From: Steroidobacteraceae bacterium
GTDB taxonomy: Bacteria > Pseudomonadota > Gammaproteobacteria > Steroidobacterales > Steroidobacteraceae
Direction: 5' to 3'
NCBI GenBank assembly: GCA_035525785.1
Contig: DATLDQ010000033.1
Span: 37,484-101,483 of the forward strand
DNA: 64,000 nucleotides
The notes under the pieces were generated by a model. It saw only the letters and a program-made list of their open reading frames with translations, was not told the DNA's origin and did no database searches. Shown in pieces: positions 1 through 10,372 of this stretch. How positions within the stretch are numbered: position 1 is the stretch's first letter; the number at the start of each line of letters is the position of its first letter. A program made the translations under genes and the position numbers.

Positions 1-336
1 GGTGGTGATCTCCTTGCGGTTCTCGGGGACCAGGCAGACATCATGTGGCCGCACATCGAGCGCGATTGCCAGCATCTCGTCAGTGAGGCCCATCTCGAGA
101 TTCATGCGGCTGAGGAGCATGGGACGAAGCAGGCGCACGTCGCGGTCCTGGATGTGGCGGCGATCTTCGCGCAGATGCAGCGTGATGTTGTCCGCGCCGG
201 CCTGCTCGGCCAGCAGCGCCGCATGAACAGGGTCGGGATAAGGTGCGCGGCGCGCCTGGCGCACCGTGGCCACGTGATCGATGTTGACGCCCAGATCGAT
301 GTTGGCCAATTTGCCCATGGAACCAGCAGAGCTCAT
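1..336 (-). CDS. pdxJ: pyridoxine 5'-phosphate synthase PdxJ, N-terminal 112 codons (gene runs off the left edge)
   Basis: Own reverse-complement translation from ATG 336: [67 protein letters not shown]...[14 protein letters not shown], a PdxJ signature. Absent from the ORF track because it has no stop in the window. ATGA overlap with the recO stop. Fits the era-recO-pdxJ order. Confidence 0.88.
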   Translation of the reverse strand, partial: MSSAGSMGKLANIDLGVNIDHVATVRQARRAPYPDPVHAALLAEQAGADNITLHLREDRRHIQDRDVRLLRPMLLSRMNLEMGLTDEMLAIALDVRPHDVCLVPENRKEITT

Positions 337-1034
337 GCGTTACCTCGCCGCGCCATGGAACGCGCTACGTTGCGCGTGCGAAGCTCGCGGCCTTCGAGAC
401 AGTGATCCAGCGCCTGGCGCAACACGCGGCGGGCGGTGTCCAGGGATTGGGGATCGTCCAGGGCCTCCTCGCGCAGCGCGAGCAGCGTGCGGCCGGCATA
501 TGCGCCCGGCGCATCCTCGCGCACCTCGTAGAGGCCTTCCGACGGACGATATTGGTAGTGAGACCCGGATACGACGTCGAGCTCGAGGCCGTAGCCGATG
601 CATTCGAGCAGCCGCTTCTCGAATACGCGCAGCGCAACCTCGGGCTGCACCTCGACACACAGGCGGCGCAGCGCGCGCGCGTAGTCGTCGAACAGCTGCG
701 GCTGCGGATCATGCCGCGTCGTCAGATTGATGATGAGCTCGTTGAGATAGAAGGCCGACATCAGGTGTTTCGGGCCGAGCGGCAGCGCCTCGCCGTCGGG
801 CTCGGCTCCCGCGAGTTGCGCGGCTTCACCGCGCCCGGTCCACGACACGAGCAGCGGCCGGAACGGCATGAGCAGCGACGCGAGCCTGGACTTCGGCCCG
901 CGCGCGCCGCGCGCGAACAGCGTGATGCGTCCGTGGCGGGCGCTGAACACGTCGAGGATCCGGCTGGTGTCGCGGTACTCGCGATGGTGCAGCACGTAGG
1001 CGGGCTCGAGGCTGACGCGTTCGCGGGCAACCAT
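333..1034 (-). CDS. recO: DNA repair protein RecO
   Basis: ORF 333..1070 trimmed to ATG 1034 ([30 protein letters not shown]...), which aligns with the RecO N-terminus. The longer form would overlap era. Position after era fits. Confidence 0.9.
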   Translation of the reverse strand: MVARERVSLEPAYVLHHREYRDTSRILDVFSARHGRITLFARGARGPKSRLASLLMPFRPLLVSWTGRGEAAQLAGAEPDGEALPLGPKHLMSAFYLNELIINLTTRHDPQPQLFDDYARALRRLCVEVQPEVALRVFEKRLLECIGYGLELDVVSGSHYQYRPSEGLYEVREDAPGAYAGRTLLALREEALDDPQSLDTARRVLRQALDHCLEGRELRTRNVARSMARRGNA

Positions 1035-1041
1035 CGTCTCG

Positions 1042-1947
1042 CTACTCCATGCCGAGCTGCGCGAGCGCACGCGCGTCGTCGGCCCAGTCCTCGCGCACCT
1101 TCACCCACAGATTGAGGTGCAGGCGTTTGCCCAGCCGTTCGTTGAGCTCTTCGCGCGCCTTCTGGCCGATGCGCTTGAGACGCGAGCCCTTGGCGCCGAT
1201 GACGATGGGCTTCTGGCCTTCGCGATCGACCCAGATGACGGCGTCGATGACCAGCCTGCCTTCGATCTCCTCTTTCTTCTCGATCTCGACGGCGATGCCA
1301 TAAGGCACTTCCTCGACCAGCTCCATGGTGAGCTTCTCGCGGATGGTTTCGGTGATCTGGAAATCGTCGCCGCGATCGGTGCGCTGGTCGGGCGGAAACA
1401 GCTCGGGCGACTCGGGCAAGCGTCCCGCGATCACGTCCACCAGGCGCTCGAGGTTCACGCCCTTCTCCGCCGACACCGGCACCACGTCCAGGAAGCCGTG
1501 CTTGCCGGCGAGTTCCGCCGTGAAGGGCAACAGCCTCTCCTTCTGCGGGACCCTGTCGACCTTGTTGATGACCAGGATGGCGTCGCGGCCACTGTCCTTG
1601 ATGCGATTGAGCACCGCTTCGTCTTCCTCGCCGTAGCGCAACGCCTCGACGACGAACACCACGAGATCCGCGTCGGCCAGTGCGGCGGCGGCAGTACGGT
1701 TCATCGCGCGGTTGAGCGCGCGGCGTTCACCGAGATGCAGGCCGGGCGTATCGACGAACGCCAGCTGCACGCCGGGCCGGTTCAACACGCCGAGCACGCG
1801 ATGGCGCGTGGTCTGCGGACGCGAAGTGACGATGGACAGCTTCTCACCCATGAGCGAGTTGAGCAGCGTGGATTTGCCGACGTTCGGCCGCCCAACGATA
1901 GCCGCGAACCCGGCACGGAAAACAGTTCGGCCAGTGGACTCGTTCAT
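1042..1947 (-). CDS. era: GTPase Era
   Basis: Track ORF (409 aa) trimmed to ATG 1947: MNESTGRTVFRAGFAAIVGRPNVGKSTLLN. Has the P-loop, DTPG, NKVD and a KH-type C-terminus. ATGA overlap with the rnc stop. Confidence 0.95.
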   Translation of the reverse strand: MNESTGRTVFRAGFAAIVGRPNVGKSTLLNSLMGEKLSIVTSRPQTTRHRVLGVLNRPGVQLAFVDTPGLHLGERRALNRAMNRTAAAALADADLVVFVVEALRYGEEDEAVLNRIKDSGRDAILVINKVDRVPQKERLLPFTAELAGKHGFLDVVPVSAEKGVNLERLVDVIAGRLPESPELFPPDQRTDRGDDFQITETIREKLTMELVEEVPYGIAVEIEKKEEIEGRLVIDAVIWVDREGQKPIVIGAKGSRLKRIGQKAREELNERLGKRLHLNLWVKVREDWADDARALAQLGME

Positions 1948-2648
1948 GCCTGCACCCCCAGCGCGGCCAGCGCCGCCTGCGCGGCCACCTGCTCGGCACG
2001 ACGCCGGCTGGGACCCTCGCCTTCGGTTTCGATCTGCATCTGCGGCACCGAACAGCCCACGAGAAAAGTCTGCGCGTGCGGCTCGCCGCTCGTGCGCTTG
2101 ACGCTGTACAACGGCAGCGGCCGGCCGTGGGCCTGCAGATGTTCCTGCAGCCGCGTCTTGGCGTCCTTGAGTGTCGAAGGTTCGGGGAGATTCGCGATCC
2201 TGGATTCGAACAATGGCATCGCCTTGTCGCGCACGACGTCGAGACCACCATCGAGATACAGCGCGCCGCACAACGCTTCGAAGGCGTCTGCGAGAATGGA
2301 CTGGCGGCGAAAGCCGCCGGTCTTGAGCTCGCCGGACCCGAGGAACAGCAACTCGCCGAGCTGCATGTCATGCGCGATCTCCGCCAGGGGTTCTTCGCTC
2401 ACCAGCCGCGCACGCAGCCGCGAGAGGTCGCCCTCGCTGGCCACCGGAAATTCGCGATACAGGCGCTCGGACAGCAGCAGGTTCAAGACCGAGTCCCCCA
2501 GGAATTCCAGCCGCTCGTTGTTGGGGCCTTCGGCGCTCCGATGAGTGAGCGCGAGGACGAACAGCGCGCGGTCGCGGGGTTCGTAGCCCAGCCGGACGGT
2601 GAGCGTGTCCGCCTGGCTGGGTGAGGTCAGAGCCATGCCATCCGCCAC
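1944..2648 (-). CDS. rnc: ribonuclease III
   Basis: NERLEFLGDSVLNL signature and a dsRBD C-terminus. Start is GTG 2648 or ATG 2636. Confidence 0.95.
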   Translation of the reverse strand: MADGMALTSPSQADTLTVRLGYEPRDRALFVLALTHRSAEGPNNERLEFLGDSVLNLLLSERLYREFPVASEGDLSRLRARLVSEEPLAEIAHDMQLGELLFLGSGELKTGGFRRQSILADAFEALCGALYLDGGLDVVRDKAMPLFESRIANLPEPSTLKDAKTRLQEHLQAHGRPLPLYSVKRTSGEPHAQTFLVGCSVPQMQIETEGEGPSRRRAEQVAAQAALAALGVQA

Positions 2649-2649
2649 A

Positions 2650-3015
2650 TCAGTTGTTGGCGATGATCGTCGTGTGGTCGAAGGCCATCGTCAGGTACAG
2701 GTTGCCGAACAGCTTGACCTCGGACTCGTAGTCCGCGGCCATCTGCCAACCGCCGTCCACCTTGGTCACTTCGAGGTCGGAGCTCTTCATGTCGATGTAG
2801 CCCGTGTTGAACCGCCTGTCGAGCGCGGAGCGGATGGTCTTCGGCGTCAGGGTCTCGTCCGACCGCAGCTTCGTGGCCGTCTCCTCCATGGCGGTGCGCA
2901 GCTTGTAGTAGTTGAAGTACTCGGGGCCTACGCGAAGACCCGCGTACAGCACGATCGCGATGGGAATCAGCAGGATTATCCAGCCAATCATCGTCACGCC
3001 ACGTTGTTTGTGCAT
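2650..3015 (-). CDS. DUF4845-like small membrane-anchored protein
   Basis: Trimmed to ATG 3015 (MHKQRGVTMIGWIILLIPIAIVLYAGLRVGPEYFNYYKL...). One N-terminal TM segment. Typical occupant of the lepB-rnc gap. Confidence 0.75.
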   Translation of the reverse strand: MHKQRGVTMIGWIILLIPIAIVLYAGLRVGPEYFNYYKLRTAMEETATKLRSDETLTPKTIRSALDRRFNTGYIDMKSSDLEVTKVDGGWQMAADYESEVKLFGNLYLTMAFDHTTIIANN

Positions 3016-3034
3016 ACGTCCTCCCGAACGAATC

Positions 3035-4153
3035 TCAAGGAATGGCATCACCGATACGGCGCCAGTTGAACCAGCTCGATCGCTGCGGATCAAAATTGAA
3101 CCAGATTCGCGTCGCCTTGCCGACCAGATTCTGGTCAGGCACGAGTCCCCAGACACGACTGTCTTCGCTGTTGTCGCGGTTGTCGCCGATCATGAGGTAG
3201 TAGCCAGGGGGCACCACTTCGAACTGGTAGTTGCCGCCGTCCCGCGCGTCCGGCGGAGACTGGTGACAGACGTAGCCACCACCCCTGCGCAGCACCATCT
3301 TGCGATCGCAGGCTGGCAGGGGCTCGCCGCCGGGCGTGCCGGAGAGTCCCGACTCCGAGCGGCAAGAGAGCACCTGGTGCGAATGCGTGCCGATGGTCTC
3401 GTCGGCCAGGTTCATGCCGACGTAGCAGTTATCGACGAAATTGCTCACGTTCTGCAGCTGCAGTGTTTCACCGTTGATGACGAGGTGATCGTCATGCACT
3501 TCGACGCGGTCGCCCGGCAGGCCCACCAGGCGCTTTATGTAGTTGACGCTGGGGTTCGGCGGATAGCGGAACACGACCACGTCACCACGCTGCGGCGCGC
3601 CGGTGTCGAGAAATTTCTCGTTGAGCACCGGCCAGCGAAGCCCGTACGCGTACTTGTTGACCACGATGAAGTCGCCGTCTAGCAGCGTCGGCATCATCGA
3701 ATCGGACGGGATGCGGAAAGGTTCGAAGATGAATGCGCGAACCACCAGCACGATGAACGCGACGGGGAAGAAGCTGCGCGCGTAGTCGACGGTGCCGGGC
3801 TCGCTCAGGGTCACGGGCGGCGTCGCCGCGGCTGCGGCCGCCTCGCGCGACTTGCGGAACACGAAGTGATCCAGCGCCCAGACCAGGCCCGTGGCCGCGG
3901 ACAACAGCAGCAGCACCAGGCTGAAGTCGAGCGCCTCGGCGGTGATCAGACGGACGATGACCGCGATGACCAGGTACGGCAGCACCGCGTAGGCGATGCG
4001 CACCGGCGCCGGGTCGGGAGCGTTTGCCGTACCCGCGGCCAGCGCGCGTCGCGGTGCCAACACCCAGCTATCCACCGCACACCAGATACCAACCGGCACC
4101 GCCATCCAGCTCAGCGGCACCGCCACGTACTTGATGAGTTCGACGACATTCAT
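3035..4153 (-). CDS. lepB: signal peptidase I
   Basis: Motifs IPSDSMMPTL, GDFIVVNKYAYG, RGDVVVFRYP, YIKRLVGLPGD, GDNRDNSEDSR. Position after lepA. Confidence 0.95.
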   Translation of the reverse strand: MNVVELIKYVAVPLSWMAVPVGIWCAVDSWVLAPRRALAAGTANAPDPAPVRIAYAVLPYLVIAVIVRLITAEALDFSLVLLLLSAATGLVWALDHFVFRKSREAAAAAATPPVTLSEPGTVDYARSFFPVAFIVLVVRAFIFEPFRIPSDSMMPTLLDGDFIVVNKYAYGLRWPVLNEKFLDTGAPQRGDVVVFRYPPNPSVNYIKRLVGLPGDRVEVHDDHLVINGETLQLQNVSNFVDNCYVGMNLADETIGTHSHQVLSCRSESGLSGTPGGEPLPACDRKMVLRRGGGYVCHQSPPDARDGGNYQFEVVPPGYYLMIGDNRDNSEDSRVWGLVPDQNLVGKATRIWFNFDPQRSSWFNWRRIGDAIP

Positions 4154-4159
4154 GCGTTG

Positions 4160-5956
4160 TTATTTCCCGACCTTGAGCACGGCGAGGAAGGCCTCCTGCG
4201 GGATCTCCACCTGGCCGACGTTCTTCATGCGCTTTTTGCCTTCCTTCTGCTTCTCGAGCAACTTTTTCTTGCGCGAGATATCGCCGCCGTAGCACTTGGC
4301 CAGCACGTTCTTGCGCAGCGCCTTCACCGTGGCGCGCGCTATCACGTGGCTGCCGATGGCGGCCTGCACGGCGACCTCGAACATCTGGCGGGGGATCAGC
4401 TCCTGCATCTTGTCGACCAATTGGCGGCCGCGCTCATAGGCGCTGTCCTTGTGGACGATGAGGGCGAGCGCGTCGACCTTGTCGCCGTTGATGAGCACGT
4501 CGAGCTTCACCAGCGGCGCGGGCTGGAAATGACTGAAGTCGTAGTCGAACGACGCGTAGCCGCGACTCGTCGACTTCAGACGGTCGAAGAAATCGAGCAC
4601 CACCTCGGCGAGCGGCAGTTGGTATTGCAACGACACCTGCGTGCCGAGGTACAGCATCTTCTTCTGCACGCCACGTTTGTCGGCGCACAGCTGCAGCACG
4701 CCGCCCACGTGATCCGGCGGCACGAGGATGTTGGCCAGGATGATGGGCTCGCGCAGCTCCTCGATCTTGTCCACCGCCGGTAGTTTGGCCGGGTTGTCGA
4801 CGCTGACCACCTCGCCATCGGTGGTGGTGACCTCGTAGACCACGGTGGGCGCCGAGGTGATGAGGTCCATGTCATATTCGCGTTCGAGGCGCTCCTGCAC
4901 GATCTCCATGTGCAGGAGACCGAGGAAACCCACGCGGAATCCGAAACCCAGCGCACCAGAGACTTCGGGCTCGTAGTGCAACGCCGAATCATTGAGTCGC
5001 AGCTTGGCGAGCGCGTCGCGGAATTTTTCGTAGTCGTCCGTGGAGATGGGGAACATGCCGGCGAACACGCGCGGCTGCACCTGCTTGAACCCGGGAAGCG
5101 GCGCGGCCGCCTGCGCCCGCTCAAGCGTGATGGTGTCGCCCACGGGCGCGCCATCGATCTCCTTGATGCCGCCGATGACGAACCCCACATCGCCCGGGCC
5201 CAGCGAAGTCGCGGGCACTGACTTGGGCGTGAAGCGGCCGACCTTGTCGACCAGATGCGAGCGGCCGGTCGACATGACGCGCATTTTTTCGCCGGGCTTG
5301 ATGGTGCCGTTGACGACTCGCACCAGCGTGACCACGCCGACGTAGTTGTCGAACCACGAGTCGATGATCAGCGCCTGAAGCGGCGCGTTCGGGTCGCCCT
5401 TGGGCGCGGGAATGCGTTCGATGAGCTGTTCGATGAGATCTTCGACGCCCTCGCCCGTCTTGCCCGAGACCTTGAGGGCGTCCTCGGCATGGATCCCGAT
5501 GACGGCCTCGATTTCCTTGACCACACGCTCTGGATCGGCGGACGGAAGGTCGATCTTGTTGATGACCGGCACGACCTCGAGGCCGAGCTCGGTGGCCGTG
5601 TAGCAATTGGCGACGCTCTGCGCTTCCACACCCTGCGTGGCGTCGACCACGAGCAGTGCACCATCGCAGGCGGCCAGGGAGCGCGAGACCTCGTACGAGA
5701 AGTCCACGTGCCCCGGCGTGTCGATGAGGTTCAGCTGGTAACGCTGCCCGTCTTTCTTCGACGTGTAATACAGCGTGACCGACTGCGCCTTGATGGTGAT
5801 GCCGCGCTCGCGTTCGAGCTCGAGCGAGTCGAGGACCTGGTCCTGCATCTCGCGGGCTTCCAGGCCGCCACAGATCTGGATGAATCGGTCAGCGAGCGTG
5901 GATTTGCCGTGATCGACGTGGGCGATGATCGAGAAGTTGCGGATGCGTTCCATCAA
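4160..5956 (-). CDS. lepA: elongation factor 4 (LepA)
   Basis: [33 protein letters not shown], and the LepA C-terminal domain ([18 protein letters not shown]). Confidence 0.97.
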   Translation of the reverse strand: MMERIRNFSIIAHVDHGKSTLADRFIQICGGLEAREMQDQVLDSLELERERGITIKAQSVTLYYTSKKDGQRYQLNLIDTPGHVDFSYEVSRSLAACDGALLVVDATQGVEAQSVANCYTATELGLEVVPVINKIDLPSADPERVVKEIEAVIGIHAEDALKVSGKTGEGVEDLIEQLIERIPAPKGDPNAPLQALIIDSWFDNYVGVVTLVRVVNGTIKPGEKMRVMSTGRSHLVDKVGRFTPKSVPATSLGPGDVGFVIGGIKEIDGAPVGDTITLERAQAAAPLPGFKQVQPRVFAGMFPISTDDYEKFRDALAKLRLNDSALHYEPEVSGALGFGFRVGFLGLLHMEIVQERLEREYDMDLITSAPTVVYEVTTTDGEVVSVDNPAKLPAVDKIEELREPIILANILVPPDHVGGVLQLCADKRGVQKKMLYLGTQVSLQYQLPLAEVVLDFFDRLKSTSRGYASFDYDFSHFQPAPLVKLDVLINGDKVDALALIVHKDSAYERGRQLVDKMQELIPRQMFEVAVQAAIGSHVIARATVKALRKNVLAKCYGGDISRKKKLLEKQKEGKKRMKNVGQVEIPQEAFLAVLKVGK

Positions 5957-6030
5957 GAGCTCAGGGCCGGTGCCCTACAGGTCGTCCTGCCGCGGCGGAG
6001 GAGCGACGGCCCACCCGGAGACGGCAAAAA

Positions 6031-6300
6031 TCAGCGCGGAAGTATAGCCGGAGGCCCGGGCACGAGCCTTAAAAGTTCTTGGGAATTCAGGGTGTAATGG
6101 CAAATCGCGCTGCCATCCAGCAGCAGGACCGGGACCTTGAGGCCGTATTGGCGCGCCAACTGCGGATCCGAGTCGACATCGAGCACGGTGACCGGCGGGA
6201 TCCGTCCGTCACGCTCCAGCCGGGCCAGGTCTTCGAGCATCTGCTCGCAGAGATGGCAGCCCTCGCGGCTCAGCACCACGAGGCCGGCGGGCAGCGCCAC
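6031..6300 (-). CDS. glutaredoxin-like thioredoxin-fold protein (DUF836-like, CHLC motif)
   Basis: VVLSREGCHLCEQMLEDL...VPVLLLDG. GTG start at 6300 abuts the rseB stop codon (6301-6303). Confidence 0.75.
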   Translation of the reverse strand: MALPAGLVVLSREGCHLCEQMLEDLARLERDGRIPPVTVLDVDSDPQLARQYGLKVPVLLLDGSAICHYTLNSQELLRLVPGPPAILPR

Positions 6301-7377
6301 CTACTTGCGTCTTTGGGGCGCGATACCGAGCCCTTCGGTGGCCGATGCCGGGGGCGTGGTGGAACGAGGTGACGTCGACTTCACCTGAGTGGCGATGAAC
6401 TTGACGGTATTGGGCGGAACTTCGCCCACGACCGTGACCTGGTGGTCGTCGACCACCGTGGTGAAAGCCGACGACGAACCCACGCGTGACGGACCCTGGG
6501 CCGCCTGGGCGTTGGGCCTGCGCGCTTCGACGAACACGGAGACCGAGGCAACGCCGTCCGTGAACACGAGATGCGCGACCGGCTCGCTCGAACCCGGCAG
6601 CGCCTGGTTGGCGCGCGAGGACATGCGGAAACCGGGCGGCAGTCGCATGGCATCCCACAGCGCCGGGGAGGCGGCGCTCGCCACGCGGCGGTCGGCGCGC
6701 AGCCAGCGATAGTTGGACGCGTCCACCTGCGGCTTGAACATCGAATCAGGGATGCGGTCGGACATGTCGATGCTGGAGAACAGTATCTGCTCGATGACCT
6801 GCCCGGTCTGGTCGCAGAGCTGGGTCTTCAGCGGCATGTAGGTTTCTTCGTCGATCCACAGCCGGTAGCCATAGCGATACTCGTCGCGCGGATGCAGCGC
6901 AACCACGCGCGAGGTGCGGCCGAGCAGGCGCTCACGCTCACCGCCGCGGATTTCGTAGACCTGCGAATCACCACCATCGGCGAGTGACGGCAGCGCGCCG
7001 AGCAGCGGACCATCGGGTTGGCGGCGCTCGACCAGCACGGTGCGCTTGTCGGGGAAGTAGCAGGTGAGCTCATCGCCCTCACGGATGAATTCGCGCCCGG
7101 AGGCATCGAGCGACAGCAAGCGCTCGGAGACGTCGCGACCGCGCACTCGATGGATGATGCGCAGGGTCTCGGCCCGGGTACCGCGCACGTGGGTGAAGAC
7201 ACCGACGTAATTGCGCGTAGTCAGCGCCTTGTTCATGCGGTCGAGCCATTCTTTGGGCTCGGCGCCCATCGCAACGCCGGCCAGCAGGAGCATCGACAGG
7301 CTCGCGATGACCGTGAGCGAGTGACGCGAATGGCCACTCTTCGACGGAGCCAGGCGCGAATCAAGGCGCATCGACAT
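6301..7377 (-). CDS. rseB: sigma-E regulatory protein RseB/MucB
   Basis: Trimmed to ATG 7377 (MSMRLDSRL...signal peptide...EWLDRMNKALTTRNYVGVF...VVGEVPPNTVKFIA). Overlaps the rseA end by 17 nt. Confidence 0.88.
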   Translation of the reverse strand: MSMRLDSRLAPSKSGHSRHSLTVIASLSMLLLAGVAMGAEPKEWLDRMNKALTTRNYVGVFTHVRGTRAETLRIIHRVRGRDVSERLLSLDASGREFIREGDELTCYFPDKRTVLVERRQPDGPLLGALPSLADGGDSQVYEIRGGERERLLGRTSRVVALHPRDEYRYGYRLWIDEETYMPLKTQLCDQTGQVIEQILFSSIDMSDRIPDSMFKPQVDASNYRWLRADRRVASAASPALWDAMRLPPGFRMSSRANQALPGSSEPVAHLVFTDGVASVSVFVEARRPNAQAAQGPSRVGSSSAFTTVVDDHQVTVVGEVPPNTVKFIATQVKSTSPRSTTPPASATEGLGIAPQRRK

Positions 7378-8080
7378 CCTCCGCGGGCGCCGCGTCCGGC
7401 CCGACCGAGGCGTCACTGCCTTCCGCGCCAACGATGCCCAGCAGGGCCATGCGGCGGGTGAGCGGACCGGAATACTCGCTGTGCGCCACCACGTAGTTCG
7501 CCAGCCGCGCCGACGGCGCCAGACTGGTGGTGGAGCTCGGAGCGGGCGTGGTGTACGACCCCGGCTCGGCACTCGCAGCGGGCTGCGTCGCGGCCGTATT
7601 CACGGCGACCGTGGTGCTGGCGGGTTCCGGAGCAAGAATAATGGTGGTGGGAACAGTGGTGTTGGCCTGGAGATTTTCCGCGCCGGGGTCCTGCACACCG
7701 CGCAGCCAGAAGATGGAGACGGCGGCCACACCGGCGGCGATGCTGGCGCCCGCGACCGGATATCCGAAGCGGAGCCAGCGCCGGCCAGCGGCCTTGTCAG
7801 CCGCAGCGGTGATGGGAGCGGCATCAGTTGCATTGCCATCGTCCGCGCCGTGGCCATAGGTGGCCTCCTTGGCGATCGCCGACTGCGCCCGCAGGGCCAC
7901 GCGGTCGTGCAGCGCGACACCGCGCTCGGCTCGCAGTGCGGCGCCGATCATGGAAAAGCGTGACCACTGTGCGCGCAGTACGTCGTCCCGGACCAGCCGC
8001 CTTGCGAGCAATTCGCATTCGCCCGCGGGCAACTCGCCGTCGAACATCGCAGACAGCTGGCTGTCGCGCTCTTCCGTCAT
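7361..8080 (-). CDS. rseA: anti-sigma-E factor RseA/MucA family
   Basis: N-terminal anti-sigma domain MTEERDSQLSAMFDGELPAGECELLARRL...RAQWSRFSMIGAALR, a central TM segment, and a Pro/Ala/Thr-rich periplasmic part. ATGA overlap with the rpoE stop. Confidence 0.88.
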   Translation of the reverse strand: MTEERDSQLSAMFDGELPAGECELLARRLVRDDVLRAQWSRFSMIGAALRAERGVALHDRVALRAQSAIAKEATYGHGADDGNATDAAPITAAADKAAGRRWLRFGYPVAGASIAAGVAAVSIFWLRGVQDPGAENLQANTTVPTTIILAPEPASTTVAVNTAATQPAASAEPGSYTTPAPSSTTSLAPSARLANYVVAHSEYSGPLTRRMALLGIVGAEGSDASVGPDAAPAEDVDAP

Positions 8081-8685
8081 ACCATTTCCTCGGTGCGGCC
8101 CAGGCCGCCTTCAAAAACTTCGCGCAGACGTTTGTCGATGGCCTCGCGCGCTCTGAAAATTCTCGAACGCACCGTGCCGACGGGACATTCCATGGCCGCT
8201 GCGATCTCTTCGTAACTCAACCCGTCGAGCTCGCGCAGCACGATGGCCGTCTTGAGCTCTTCAGGCAGTGCATCGATCGCGGAGTTCACGATGCCGCGAA
8301 TTTCTTCCGTGAGGGCCATGCCCTCGGGCGTATCCGGATCCTGAAGCTTGGTCTGCACGCCGTGTGATTCCTCGGGGTCGGTGAGGTCGAGGTCATAGCG
8401 GATCGGGCTGCGGTCCCGGGACGCGAGAGAGTTCTTGGCGGTATTGATGGCGATGCGATACATCCAGGTATAGAAGGCGCTGTCGCCACGAAACTGCGGC
8501 AGGGCGCGATAAGCTTTGATGAAGGCCTCTTGAGCGATGTCTTCCGCTTCAGCCGGGTTTCGCACGTAACGCAACACCAGCTTCACCACCTTGTGCTGGT
8601 ACTTGCGAACCAGCAGGTCGAACGCACTCTTGTCACCGCGCTGCACGCGTTTGACGAGAACCAGGTCACTCTCTTCGGTCGTCAC
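8077..8685 (-). CDS. rpoE: RNA polymerase sigma-24 (RpoE/AlgU)
   Basis: LVKRVQRGDKSAFDLLVRKYQHKV...FYTWMYRIAINTAKN...LSYEEIAAAMECPVGTVRSRIFRAREAI. GTG start. Confidence 0.95.
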   Translation of the reverse strand: MTTEESDLVLVKRVQRGDKSAFDLLVRKYQHKVVKLVLRYVRNPAEAEDIAQEAFIKAYRALPQFRGDSAFYTWMYRIAINTAKNSLASRDRSPIRYDLDLTDPEESHGVQTKLQDPDTPEGMALTEEIRGIVNSAIDALPEELKTAIVLRELDGLSYEEIAAAMECPVGTVRSRIFRAREAIDKRLREVFEGGLGRTEEMV

Positions 8686-8713
8686 AGGAGCACCCCGGCT
8701 CCTTGCGAGCTGA

Positions 8714-8742
8714 ATAGACCCTGAACGCCTCCGAAAGTTCTC
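8714..8742 (-). promoter_or_regulatory. candidate sigma-E-type autoregulated promoter of rpoE
   Basis: The minus strand reads GAGAACTT-N16-TCTAT about 30 nt upstream of the rpoE start. It resembles the GGAACTT-N16-TCnaA consensus. Hand match only. Confidence 0.35.
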
Positions 8743-8851
8743 CCCGGGGACGGTGCTAATCGAATGATTTTCAACGGCACGTGATGCACTTCAAACCTTG
8801 GCGGCGATGGTATCAGCTAGACGCCGCCACGCGGCCGGAATGCCCCGCGCC

Positions 8852-9319
8852 CTACTCCGCGGAACCGAAAAGCCGATGGCCGAGGCGCCGCAGCGAGCGC
8901 TGGTCCTGGCGTCCGGTTTCGACGAGCAGCTCGAACAGGCCCTCGGCCGTCCGGAACCGGAGCAGCCAGAGGGCTGTGCCGTAGCGTCGGCAGCCCTCCG
9001 GAAGCGCTGCGAGGCGGCGGCCGGCTGGACCGACCCATACGTAATATGTATCGGGTTCGCTGCCAGACCACTCGAGAGCACGCAACGATCGCGGCCCGCG
9101 CAGGAGTACATAGCTCCAGAGTGTGTGGCCACCGCTTCCCATGACCAGCGCTGCGATCGCGAGGCGGAGCTGCCAGGGAAGTTGCGTGTGCGCCGCGAGC
9201 GCGCCGGCCATGACCAGCCAGCCCAGCCAGGCCGCCGCGGCGATCCGGGATGGGATGAAATCAATCCGGCTGAAGGATGCGGCGGCAGAGCGCCGCCTGG
9301 TTCGGATCTTGGGGGACAT
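8852..9319 (-). CDS. YgfX/CptA-like inner-membrane protein
   Basis: Two predicted TM segments (AAAWLGWLVMAGALAAH, LRLAIAALVMGSGG) followed by ...ALWLLRFRTAEG... Position directly after sdhE, as in E. coli ygfY-ygfX. Start uncertain: ATG 9319 lies inside the sdhE 3' end. Confidence 0.6.
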   Translation of the reverse strand: MSPKIRTRRRSAAASFSRIDFIPSRIAAAAWLGWLVMAGALAAHTQLPWQLRLAIAALVMGSGGHTLWSYVLLRGPRSLRALEWSGSEPDTYYVWVGPAGRRLAALPEGCRRYGTALWLLRFRTAEGLFELLVETGRQDQRSLRRLGHRLFGSAE

Positions 9320-9503
9320 CGCCCCAGACGAGATACCGGGCGATTTCCGGGTCCGGCAATTCGAGAAACTGGGCGAACGTGTCGCGTTCATCGCTGGATG
9401 CGCTGGCGTGACACTTGCGCAGGTATCGGACCAGCAGAAGATCGAGCTCCTTCATGCCCCGGCGGCAGCGCCACTCGAGTACCCCCAGGCGTTCGCGTGC
9501 CAC
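9261..9503 (-). CDS. sdhE: FAD assembly factor SdhE (succinate dehydrogenase assembly factor 2)
   Basis: Last 80 codons of track ORF 9261..10985: VARERLGVLEWRCRRGMKELDLLLVRYL...DERDTFAQFLELPDPEIARYL, carrying the RGxxELD motif. Start inferred as GTG 9503. Confidence 0.8.
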   Translation of the reverse strand: MARERLGVLEWRCRRGMKELDLLLVRYLRKCHASASSDERDTFAQFLELPDPEIARYLVWGDVPQDPNQAALCRRILQPD

Positions 9504-9574
9504 GTCGGAAAACGGCGCCCCACTGGTCGAAGATGCGGCGCCGTCCGTGGGGTCTGACGAGGCCTTGGCCACGA

Positions 9575-10363
9575 CTAGTGCTGGCGCTCCACCATCATCT
9601 TTTTGATCTCGGCGATGGCCTTCGCCGGGTTCAGATCTTTGGGGCACGCCTCGGTGCAATTCATGATGGTGTGGCAGCGATAGAGGCGGAACGGATCCTC
9701 GAGATCGTCGAGACGCTCGCCCGTCGCTTCGTCGCGAGAATCGACGATCCAGCGATAGGCCGCCAACAGCGCGGCGGGCCCGAGGTAGCGGTCGCTGTTC
9801 CACCAGTAGCTGGGACACGACGTGCTGCAGCAGGCGCACAGGATGCAGGCTGACGGCCGGTCGATCCTTTCCTGGTCTTCTCTCGATTGCGGACGCTCGC
9901 GATCGGGCGGCGCCGGCGTGCGCGACTGCAGCCAGGGCTTCACCGCGGCGTACTGCGCGTAGAACTGCGTGAGATCGGGCACGAGATCCTTGACCACCGG
10001 CAGGTGCGGCAGTGGATAGATCTTCACGTCGCCCTTCACGTCGTCGCAGGCCTTGATGCAAGCCAGGTTGTTGGTGCCACCGATGTTCATCGCGCAGCTT
10101 CCACAGATGCCTTCGCGGCAAGAGCGGCGGAACGCCAGCGTCGGGTCGATCTCGTTCTTGATCTTGATGAGCGCGTCGAGAACCATCGGACCGCAGTCGT
10201 CCATGTCCACCTCGAAGGTGTCCATGCGCGGGTTGGCGCCGGAGTCCGGATCGAAACGATAGATGACGAACTTGCGGACGTTCTTCGCGCCGGCGGGAGC
10301 CTTGTGGGTCTTGCCGGCGGACTTGTCGATCTTCGAGTTGGCGGGTAGCGTGAATTCGGCCAT
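9575..10363 (-). CDS. sdhB: succinate dehydrogenase iron-sulfur subunit
   Basis: [45 protein letters not shown] cluster motifs. Confidence 0.96.
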   Translation of the reverse strand: MAEFTLPANSKIDKSAGKTHKAPAGAKNVRKFVIYRFDPDSGANPRMDTFEVDMDDCGPMVLDALIKIKNEIDPTLAFRRSCREGICGSCAMNIGGTNNLACIKACDDVKGDVKIYPLPHLPVVKDLVPDLTQFYAQYAAVKPWLQSRTPAPPDRERPQSREDQERIDRPSACILCACCSTSCPSYWWNSDRYLGPAALLAAYRWIVDSRDEATGERLDDLEDPFRLYRCHTIMNCTEACPKDLNPAKAIAEIKKMMVERQH

Positions 10364-10372
10364 AAGTGCTGT

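Noticed and set aside
1117-2544. Long plus-strand ORF (475 aa). Similar long ORFs occur at 16015-17778, 23159-25186, 40949-42370, 45088-46458, 46498-47748, 48537-49574 and 49680-51269.
   Set aside because: They lie antisense to, or out of frame with, genes that have unmistakable motifs. Their products are Arg/Ala/Gly/His-rich and low in complexity. They are the stop-poor shadow frames typical of high-GC DNA.
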